From: an uncultured virus (IMG/VR IMGVR_UViG_3300026196_000001)
Lineage: Duplodnaviria; Heunggongvirae; Uroviricota; Caudoviricetes
Virus record (IMG/VR): IMGVR_UViG_3300026196_000001
Strand: one strand, 5' to 3'
Length of the DNA stretch: 64,000 bases
The notes under the pieces are model-generated. The model worked only from the letters and a program-made list of their open reading frames with translations, made no database searches and was not told the DNA's origin. Within the stretch, counting starts at the first letter, position 1; each line of letters opens with the position of its first letter. A program made the position numbers and the translations under genes. Below are positions 29,394 to 37,148 of the stretch, in pieces.

Positions 29394-30187
29394 GCGGTTC
29401 CGGAAAGCCCCTTGGCATGGGGGCTTCCCTTCTTGCGACCCGTTCGCAGGTAGCGGTATCGCTCGGGTGCGCGGTATCGCCCATCGGAGAGCGAAAACGC
29501 TCAGTTCGGGATCGCACATACCTTGAGCGGATCCGCTCGGGTGTGCGGATTCGATCTATCGCGAACGGTTCGCACGATGTGCGGAATCGCTCGGCTCATG
29601 TGCGGCCCCGCGCGCGTTGCGCTTTCGCCTCACGTTGCGGAATCTCACCCTAGCGGGGTTTTTTCCGCACAGAAGCATACCACATGATGTCAGGTGGCGG
29701 GAAAGTCCCATGGCATGGGGGTTTCCAGCCGGGGTGCACCGAATCGTCGATGGCATGGGCGTTTCGCGGTTGGCATAGCGCTTGCATGGGATTTTCCGTT
29801 CGGCCTTTGTTAGTGTGGCACGGGGAGGCCCATGGCATGGGGACTTCTCACCGGGTATGCTGGAATCGTCGATGCCGTGGGGACGCTGGAAACGCCCATG
29901 GCATGGGGGAAGTAGGTCGGGGTCCAGGAGGCCCCAGGATCGCCTGTGCGGGACTTTGGGCCTAACGGGTGTCCTAGGTCCCGGAAGTCCTCAAGTCGAT
30001 TTTGCGGCAGAAGTCCCGATGGCATGGGAGCGCTGGAATCGTCGATGGCATGGGAGCTTGCGATCGGCCCATGCTATGGGCCTTTCCAGCCGTAGGCCCG
30101 ATGGCATGGGGGTTTCCCAGCACTAGCAATCCACGTGCCAAGATCCGGAAGTCCCGATGGCATGGGGGTTTCACGGTTTGGCATGGG
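29382..30187. repeat. Non-coding array of CCCATG-S-CATGGG palindromes, block 1
   Basis: Perfect at 29382, 29707, 29829, 29895; variants near 29409, 29747, 30016, 30042, 30068, 30098, 30154, 30175. Confidence 0.9.
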
Positions 30188-30335
30188 ATTTGCTCACGCG
30201 TGCGCGCGCGGAACAGAGACGTCTCGGATTCTCCGGACGATTCTCGGTTTCTTTCTCAAGTCCTCCCGACCTCCTGCCGATAAGGGGGGTAGACTTCACC
30301 AAAGCAACCGCCCAACGGGGCAAAGGAAACAGACG

Positions 30336-30743
30336 ATGGAAACCAACGCACAAGAGACCGAGACGATGGCCACCTGGACTGCCGCCCATACCCTCACCGG
30401 ACAGACCTTCCAGCGGGGCAGCTTTGTCGAGAACCACCGGGCAGGAAACGTCATGATAGAGGACTGTTCGCAACGTCCGACCCTCACGTCTCGGATCCTG
30501 GAAAAGCGATTCGAGGACCTCCTGTTTTCGTCCTCCAGGCTGGCGAAAGCAAAGGGCCCGGACTACTTCGCTCGGATTTTCGTCTACTCCAACGGCCGCG
30601 TCTCGGTTTACGTGGAACGGTTCGATATCGCCGATGATGGCCGATTGGAGCCCGGAAGGCCCCACGCTCTCATCTTGTCCAAGGCCTCGATTTCGGCCGC
30701 ATTGAATGCGACCCGCGGGGCCGCTCGGCTTCTGGAAATCTAG
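30336..30743 (+). CDS. Putative early protein (leader type C)
   Basis: AGGAAACAGACGATGGAA leader. Confidence 0.75.
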   Translation: METNAQETETMATWTAAHTLTGQTFQRGSFVENHRAGNVMIEDCSQRPTLTSRILEKRFEDLLFSSSRLAKAKGPDYFARIFVYSNGRVSVYVERFDIADDGRLEPGRPHALILSKASISAALNATRGAARLLEI

Positions 30744-30798
30744 GCTCAAGTCCGGGGCCGATCCTGCCGAAAGGTAGGGTAGGCCCAACCGGGGCCGC
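30741..30798 (+). repeat. 58-bp intergenic hairpin repeat, copy 1
   Basis: 56/58 identical to 31156-31213; differences only in the terminal loop. Confidence 0.9.
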
Positions 30799-30822
30799 AC
30801 CACCACCACAGGAGAACAGACG

Positions 30823-31158
30823 ATGGAACATATCCGCATCTACTTTGGGGCCGACATTCAAGGCCGCGACACCGTCCGACCGGAAGATTTCGAGGCCTTC
30901 CTGTCCGACCACGTCACGCCCTACTGGCCCGGGTTCACCCTCACCGAGGGGACCGGATACTGGCAGGGGAACCCCGAGACCGTCCGGATTCTCTCGGCCT
31001 TGGTCGACGATTGGCAGGGACACGCAAACCGGATCGCAAGGGCCTACGCTCGGGAGTTTTCCCAGGATGCCGTCCTAGTGGAACGATCGGCCGTGTCGGC
31101 GGTTGATTTCGTCTCTGCCGACTCGAAAATCGGCGCTAACGGGAAAATCCACGATTAG
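30823..31158 (+). CDS. SAM lyase-like / DUF3574-like protein
   Basis: YFG...FL...VTP..PGFT....G.W.G..E.V.I...IA..Y...F.QDAVL pattern. Confidence 0.72.
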   Translation: MEHIRIYFGADIQGRDTVRPEDFEAFLSDHVTPYWPGFTLTEGTGYWQGNPETVRILSALVDDWQGHANRIARAYAREFSQDAVLVERSAVSAVDFVSADSKIGANGKIHD

Positions 31159-31213
31159 GCTCAAGTCCGGGGCCGATCCTGCCGATGGGTAGGGTAGGCC
31201 CAACCGGGGCCGC
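31156..31213 (+). repeat. 58-bp intergenic hairpin repeat, copy 2
   Basis: See copy 1. Confidence 0.9.
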
Positions 31214-31239
31214 CTTCACAATCCACAGGAGAACAGACA

Positions 31240-31347
31240 ATGGAAACCGCCAAGCTATACCGACTCACGAAAATCGCCGCCTCAACCGCTATCCTGTGCG
31301 GCCTCCTCTACGTCGTTCTCGGTCTCGCCGTCAACGTCGCCAGCTAG
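31240..31347 (+). CDS. 35-aa single-TM peptide (not in ORF track)
   Basis: CACAGGAGAACAGACAATG leader; METAKLYRLTKIAASTAILCGLLYVVLGLAVNVAS. Confidence 0.75.
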   Translation: METAKLYRLTKIAASTAILCGLLYVVLGLAVNVAS

Positions 31348-31355
31348 GGGGAAGC

Positions 31356-31532
31356 ATGGATCGCAACGCACAAGATGCAATGGTAGCGGCCCAAAAGCGC
31401 CTACTCCGAGCCCGTCTCGGATTCGAGGACTACCGAGCAGCCCAACGCGCTTGGGCCCGGGCCCGGAAGGCCCAACGCAAGGCTTGGGACCGGAAGGCCC
31501 GGAAGGCCCAACGGGATTTCGACGCGGCCTAG
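31356..31532 (+). CDS. Small basic helical protein
   Basis: MDRNAQDAM...RKAQR repeats. Confidence 0.65.
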   Translation: MDRNAQDAMVAAQKRLLRARLGFEDYRAAQRAWARARKAQRKAWDRKARKAQRDFDAA

Positions 31533-31584
31533 GGGCCGCACCAGCACCAGCACCACCACCACCACCACCACAGGAGAACAGACG

Positions 31585-31953
31585 ATGGAACAGAACAGCA
31601 CCACGCCACAGGCCGAGACCGATTCGCGGCCATTGTCCGAGCGAGACATCCCCGAGATTCTGGCAGACTTCCGAGACGGGGCACAGCTCCGGGCCCGAGA
31701 CCGAATCCGGTTGGGGGATCGCCACAGCATCCCCGCATCCCCGGACGGGCTGGCCGCGTATCGCAAGGTCCGGACGGCCGCACAGGAGGTCTCCAACCGG
31801 AATCTCGGGGATCTCGGGGAGACCGAACCGGTGCGGCAAGCGCTGGGGGCCGCCGAGGGGGTTGGATTCGGGTTCCTCTACCCGCTGACCGAGCTGTCCG
31901 AGACGGACGGGGAGCTGGCCAGACTGTCCATCTGTGAGGTCAGCATCATCTGA
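31585..31953 (+). CDS. Putative early protein (leader type C)
   Basis: (CAC)n then CAGGAGAACAGACGATGGAACA leader. Confidence 0.75.
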   Translation: MEQNSTTPQAETDSRPLSERDIPEILADFRDGAQLRARDRIRLGDRHSIPASPDGLAAYRKVRTAAQEVSNRNLGDLGETEPVRQALGAAEGVGFGFLYPLTELSETDGELARLSICEVSII

Positions 31954-31993
31954 GATTCCATCGACTGCCCCGGGTGCGTTGCTCGGGGTCCAG

Positions 31994-32029
31994 GGTCCTA
32001 GGTCGAAAGGCCTAGGGCCTTTTTTTTTT
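31994..32029 (+). terminator. Rho-independent terminator
   Basis: GGTCCTAGGTC-GAAA-GGCCTAGGGCC followed by 10 T. Confidence 0.92.
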
Positions 32030-32042
32030 GGTCTGCCGCATC

Positions 32043-32657
32043 GGTTGGCATGGGGCTTGCTTGTCCGCGCGTAATACGCGGGGCCTGTTATACGATCGTA
32101 TCGGCCTGTGATACGATCGTATGCGGATGCGGACGAAAGGGCGATGGCATGGGACGTTGGGCCAAGCGCGGACGCGTGGGAGCCCCAGTGCCGGACCCCG
32201 AACCATGGGCCGCGGACCACGTTTCCCGGGCCTTGTGCCGTCCCTCCCGCCCCGTTCTCCCCGAACCTTGACCCAAGGGTCGACCCCACCGGATGGCCTT
32301 CTAGGGCCCTTCCTGCCCCTCTCAGGCTATGCTGATGATGCCCATGGCATGGGGCCTTCCACGACACCGGACCCCGGGCCTCGGGCATAGGGCCGATTCC
32401 CTAGGGCCCCGAACCTAGGGCCTTGGTCCTCGGGTCGATCCCCTAGGGTATGTGCCCCATGGGGAGGATACCCTATGGCATGGGTGCCATAGCAGGCCTG
32501 CCATGGTGGGTGTGCCATAGGTAGGATGCCCTATGCTCGAATCGCCCATGGCATGGGGATCTTGGACCGTTGACCAAGGGCCCATGGCATGGGAGGTTGG
32601 GGGCGTGAGGTGGAAGTGCCCATGGCATGGGGCGTTCGGAAAAGCCCATGGCATGGG
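32043..32657. repeat. Non-coding array of CCCATG-G-CATGGG palindromes, block 2
   Basis: Perfect at 32341, 32545, 32581, 32619, 32645; variants near 32043, 32141, 32472. Confidence 0.9.
32082..32122. promoter_or_regulatory. Tandem operator-like palindromes ATACGATCGTAT
   Basis: 32090-32101 and 32111-32122 within a 20-bp direct repeat, 21-bp period. Confidence 0.6.
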
Positions 32658-33197
32658 GGCCTCGGGGTCACCTCTGAGCGCCTGCGCAACCCCCACCAAA
32701 AATGGCCCAGAAAAAAAAATCCCCCACAAAAATCGACCACTCAGTGTCCGCGGAAATGCGTATTACGCTCATCGACGTAAGTCCTTATTTTGCAACAAGC
32801 CGCTCTTGGTCCCTTATACGTAAGCACTACCGCTCACCCTGTTTTCGGTGACCCGAAGCGCGCATAAGCCCAGACAGGGGCGCACTCTATGGCAATCATA
32901 CTCTATCCCCCCCTATATATTAGGGGGTATTGTAGAGGAAAAACCTCGCCGCCCCTGGTGACCCCTCCTGGGCCCGTTCCCTGGGGCCTGGGGATTTTGC
33001 AACTGTCTACTCCACAGACCCTATCCTCGGTCCTCGGAACTCGGTCCACGAACAGAGGTTACGCGCACTTAGGTGTTGCGAAATCCAGGGAGGAGGCCAC
33101 TGTATACCTAAGAGGGCCTAAGTGGCCGATTGTCCCGATCATGTAACAGCGAAAAAACCGCCCGCACGGCGCGCGCCGCCGTCGTATACTTGAACGT

Positions 33198-33686
33198 ATG
33201 GGATCCCGCCGCTTCGATCAAGCCGCCAAAGACATCTACGTGGAGACACTCCGCGAGACCGGCGAACCTGCCGCCGCCGCCGAGGCCTGCGGCTTCACCC
33301 TGGCCACCGTCCGCAAGCACGGGGTCAAGGACCTGGAGTTCGCGGAGGCCGCGCTCGAAGCCCTGCAATCCTACCGCGCGACCATTGCCGCCGAGATCCA
33401 CCGCCGAGCGATCGAGGGGGTCGACGAGCCCGTCTTCCAGGGCGGGGTGTGCGTCGGCTACAAGAGGAAATACAGCGATGCGCTGCTGCTGGCGCACGCA
33501 AAGCGGCACATGCCCGAAGAGTATGGAGACAAGCGCGTGGTCACTCATGAGCATGCGCAGAAGCTGGACGTGGCCAACATGACCCCCGAGAGTAGGGTTC
33601 TTCTGAGGAAGATCCTGGAGCTGGAGAGCAAAGCGAATGAGATGTCCGGAGTGCGGAGCGAAGATCAACCCGAAGAAAGCCCTTGA
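33198..33686 (+). CDS. terS: Terminase small subunit
   Basis: N-terminal HTH, E.HRRAIEGV.EPVF.GG..VG..RKYSD.LL; upstream of terL. Confidence 0.82.
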   Translation: MGSRRFDQAAKDIYVETLRETGEPAAAAEACGFTLATVRKHGVKDLEFAEAALEALQSYRATIAAEIHRRAIEGVDEPVFQGGVCVGYKRKYSDALLLAHAKRHMPEEYGDKRVVTHEHAQKLDVANMTPESRVLLRKILELESKANEMSGVRSEDQPEESP

Positions 33687-33784
33687 GATCTTCCACCACC
33701 CCACGAACCCCAACCTCGTGCAGGTCTACTGCCGAGCCGACTGCGTCCTCGATGCCCTGGCCCGAGGCTATCCCCTCAAGCTCC

Positions 33785-34393
33785 TCACTCTGCGGCCGGA
33801 GCGGCGCGATCGTGGACAATGAGGCACTTCTCCCGCCAGCTGGCCTCCTTGTCGTAGCGCCCCTCCCGGATCCGCCGGACCTGGGCAAGGGTGATCCTGA
33901 ACCTGCGGGCCATGATCTCGTCGCTGACGGCCGTGTTCCGCTGGATGTAGCCGACGTAGGAGAGGCGCAGCTTCCCGTCCTTGAACACGAGGTCCTGCCA
34001 CTCTGGGCGGTAGAACCAGTCCAGGACGGTCCCCGGAGCCTTGCGCGTGGTCCAGAAGAGATTCTCCGCGCGGCAGTCCCCCCGGTTCCCGTTCCGCCAT
34101 CCGGGCACATGCCCCTCGGGCCGTGGTCCGACAAACGTCTCCAGGACCAGCTCGGCGACGCTCCACATCCTCATCTCGTTCCGCATGAGGTTCATGGGGT
34201 TGAGATTGATGGTCACGACCGGGTGTCCGTTGTTGAAGGCCCAGCGCAGCCGCTTCCCCACGCCCAAGGACCCTTTGATCATGGTCCGCTGGTCGTAGGG
34301 GTTGATGTGGCCGATGCCTTTGCCGATGCGGCGGACGTAGCCCCGGTCGGAGATGCAGTATCGGCTCTGCCTGATCTGTCGGTGTTGTTCCAT
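33785..34393 (-). CDS. NUMOD4/HNH homing-endonuclease-derived protein, nuclease motif degenerate
   Basis: Y.ISD.G.VR; LVLETFVGPRPEG...WRNGNRGDCRAENL.W; C-terminal HTH-like segment. Confidence 0.75.
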   Translation of the reverse strand: MEQHRQIRQSRYCISDRGYVRRIGKGIGHINPYDQRTMIKGSLGVGKRLRWAFNNGHPVVTINLNPMNLMRNEMRMWSVAELVLETFVGPRPEGHVPGWRNGNRGDCRAENLFWTTRKAPGTVLDWFYRPEWQDLVFKDGKLRLSYVGYIQRNTAVSDEIMARRFRITLAQVRRIREGRYDKEASWREKCLIVHDRAAPAAE

Positions 34394-34421
34394 GCCCTAT
34401 CATACCACAGCGGAGGGGCTG

Positions 34422-37061
34422 GTGTCTGAGAATCTTTCCCAGGAGGAGCTGATCAAGCGCGCCCTGGCCAACCCGGCCGAGGCCCGGAAGGCCCTGGACA
34501 TGGTCGACTGCGCGGACAGCCTGATCACGTTCATCAAGCAGGCGTGGCACACGATCGAGCCCGGGACCCCGTTCACGTCGGGGTGGGCCGTGGACTGCAT
34601 GGCCCGGCACCTGGAGGCGGTGACCGACGGGCAGATCAAGCGCCTGCTGATCAACGTCCCGCCGGGTCCCATCCCGGCCGGTCAACTGGTCATGACTGCC
34701 GCTGGACGTAAACCCATCGAAGACCTGACGACAGAGGACAGGGTCCTGACGCACAAGGGTAGATACCGCAGGGTCACTGAGCTGCACGACCAAGGTGTTC
34801 TGCCAACACTGGAGATCAGCACCTTCTCGGGACGAACGATCAGGTGTGCGCCGTCGCACCCGCTTCTGACACCAAGGGGATGGGTCAAGGCCCAGGATAT
34901 TCGGGAGGGGGATTTTCTGGCTATAGTGTCCCCAACCGAGGACCACGGTTCTCGGGACAAGGTCACGGCTGAGGAGGCTAGATTCTTCGGCTACCTAGTC
35001 GGAGATGGGTCGGTGACTCAGGCGATGCCCACTCTGACGAACCAGGACTGGGACACTATCGAAGACTTCAGACACTGCGCAAAATCCATAGGGTTCGAGA
35101 CATCCATCTCGAAATACGAAGGCAGGACAGCCTGGACTGTCAGGGTGAAAGGCGGAAAGAGGGTCAGGGACTATCTGAGTAAACACGAGCTACAAGGCAA
35201 GAGTAGCTACACCAAGCGCATCCCACCAGCAGTCCTTGAATCATCGCGCGAGATCATCCGGAACTTCATCGGTGCCTACTGGTCGTGCGATGGTCAAATC
35301 ACTGTCCGTGATAGCCGAAAACGCGGGTCCATCTACAGGGCCAACTGCTCAACTGTGTCAAGAGGTCTGGCTGAGGACTTGCTTCATGCAGTGTCCTTGA
35401 TTGGTATCCGTGGGCGTCTACGCCTAAGGTCAAATAAGCGTGCAACCAAAGCTCAGCCATCTGGTGACTACAAGTATTTCATGATCGAGGTGCAGAACGA
35501 GGTTGACACAGCCAGGTTCGCAACCCTCCCTCGGCTCACAGAACGCAAGAGAGTGCTTGCAGAGAAGTGCCGCCAGCGGTTCGATCAGACCCTCTGGGAG
35601 GATGAGGTGTCTAGAATCACTAAACACGAGTTGGCCAGCTGCTACTGTATCACAGTGGATGAGGACCATTCGTTCACTGTTTCTGATCTAGCAGTGAAAA
35701 ACTGCACGAAGAGTGTTTTGGTGAACACCTTCTGGCCAGCTTGGGAGTGGGGTCCCAAGGGACTCCCACATCACCGGTTCATATCCGCGAGCTATGAACG
35801 AGGGCTGGCGACCCGCGACATGATCCGCTGCCGTGACATCATCCAGGACAACTGGTTCCAGGACCGATGGCCGCTGGCCTTCAAGGACGACCAGTCGGAG
35901 AAGACGTTCTACGCCAACACGTCGACGGGGTGGCGCTTCGCATCGTCGGTCGGCGGACGGCTGACCGGCTACCGCGGTGACAGGATCATCATCGACGACC
36001 CGCACGACACGAAGGGCGCGGAATCGGACCTCGTGCGCGCGACCGCGACCAGGTGGTTCACGGAGACCCTGCCCACGCGCCTGAACAAGGCGTCGGAGTC
36101 GGCCATGGTCATGATCATGCAGCGGCTGCACGTGCATGACCTGAGCGGTATCATCCTGGACAAGCTCGGCGACGAGTGGACGCACCTCGTGCTGCCCATG
36201 GAGTTCGAGAAGAAGAACCGCAGCTTCACGACGGTGCCAGGGAAGTTCCCGGCGCAGCGCATGCGGCGCATCAAGGAGGACGCCGACCCGGTGCCCTACT
36301 TCGAGCCGGACCCGGAGAACGGTGAGCTGCTCTACCTCCAGGACGAGCGGACCGAGGAGGGGGAGCTTTTGTGGGAGGAGCGCTTCAACCGCGAGGCGGT
36401 CGAGAGCCTGAAGAGGGCGTTCCGATCGGGAGAGGGGGGATCCTACGCGGAGAGCGGCCAGCTCCAGCAGAGGCCAGTGCACCGCGAGGGTGGGATGTTC
36501 AAGCGCAGCGACTTCCACCTGACCACGGAGATCCCGCCCGGCTGCCGCTGGGTGCGCAGCTGGGACCTCGCGGGTTCGACCAAGAAGCGGTCCGACTGGA
36601 CCGTGGGGCTGAAGCTCGGCATGAAGGGAGGCGTGCTCTACATCTGGGACGTGGTTCGGTTCAAGGGGGAATCCCATGAGGTGGAGCAACGGATCCTGGA
36701 GACGGCCCAGCTGGACGGCCTCGGAGTCGCGATCTCCATCCCGCAGGACCCCGGTCAGGCAGGCAAGGACCAGAAGCGACACTACGCTTCCCTGCTCGGC
36801 GGGTTTGACCTCCACTTCTCACCGGAGAGCGGCGACAAGCTCGTGCGCGCGAAGCCCGTCGCTGGGCAGGTCGGGGGCGGGAACGTCTTCGTGCGGGAGG
36901 ATGCGCCGTGGCTGATGGCCTTCCTCGCCGAGATCGGGCTGTTCCCGGCCGCCGTCTGGGACGATCAGGTCGACGCCCTCTCCCGGGCCTACGCCTACTT
37001 CCTAGCCAACGAGGGCGATCCGGAGGGGGATGCCATTGGCGCACCGTCGATCTGCTACTAG
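34422..37061 (+). CDS. terL: Terminase large subunit (intein-containing)
   Basis: INVPPG|CTKS Walker A after splicing; IIIDDP; MQRLH; SWDLA, DPGQAG, DDQVDA; GTG start with GGAGG (alternative ATG 34392). Confidence 0.95.
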   Translation: MSENLSQEELIKRALANPAEARKALDMVDCADSLITFIKQAWHTIEPGTPFTSGWAVDCMARHLEAVTDGQIKRLLINVPPGPIPAGQLVMTAAGRKPIEDLTTEDRVLTHKGRYRRVTELHDQGVLPTLEISTFSGRTIRCAPSHPLLTPRGWVKAQDIREGDFLAIVSPTEDHGSRDKVTAEEARFFGYLVGDGSVTQAMPTLTNQDWDTIEDFRHCAKSIGFETSISKYEGRTAWTVRVKGGKRVRDYLSKHELQGKSSYTKRIPPAVLESSREIIRNFIGAYWSCDGQITVRDSRKRGSIYRANCSTVSRGLAEDLLHAVSLIGIRGRLRLRSNKRATKAQPSGDYKYFMIEVQNEVDTARFATLPRLTERKRVLAEKCRQRFDQTLWEDEVSRITKHELASCYCITVDEDHSFTVSDLAVKNCTKSVLVNTFWPAWEWGPKGLPHHRFISASYERGLATRDMIRCRDIIQDNWFQDRWPLAFKDDQSEKTFYANTSTGWRFASSVGGRLTGYRGDRIIIDDPHDTKGAESDLVRATATRWFTETLPTRLNKASESAMVMIMQRLHVHDLSGIILDKLGDEWTHLVLPMEFEKKNRSFTTVPGKFPAQRMRRIKEDADPVPYFEPDPENGELLYLQDERTEEGELLWEERFNREAVESLKRAFRSGEGGSYAESGQLQQRPVHREGGMFKRSDFHLTTEIPPGCRWVRSWDLAGSTKKRSDWTVGLKLGMKGGVLYIWDVVRFKGESHEVEQRILETAQLDGLGVAISIPQDPGQAGKDQKRHYASLLGGFDLHFSPESGDKLVRAKPVAGQVGGGNVFVREDAPWLMAFLAEIGLFPAAVWDDQVDALSRAYAYFLANEGDPEGDAIGAPSICY
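34668..35702 (+). mobile_element. 345-aa intein with LAGLIDADG endonuclease, Pro1
   Basis: PIPAGQLVMT...CAPSHP...GYLVGDG...GAYWSCDG...CYCITV..DHSF...VKN/C; lower GC. Confidence 0.93.
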
Positions 37062-37148
37062 CCGAAATACCATTATCATGGGAACTTTGGGCGAGGATAT
37101 TCGTCTTACTCCCTTGCACTTCAAAGCCTCCCAGGAGACTGTAGCCGC

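Noticed and set aside
29390..30283. Short ORFs rich in PWHG/MAW (also 32050-32823)
   Set aside because: Translations of the palindrome arrays; no RBS or codon bias
29382..32657. CRISPR array
   Set aside because: Repeat is only 13 bp, degenerate and irregularly spaced; no cas genes seen
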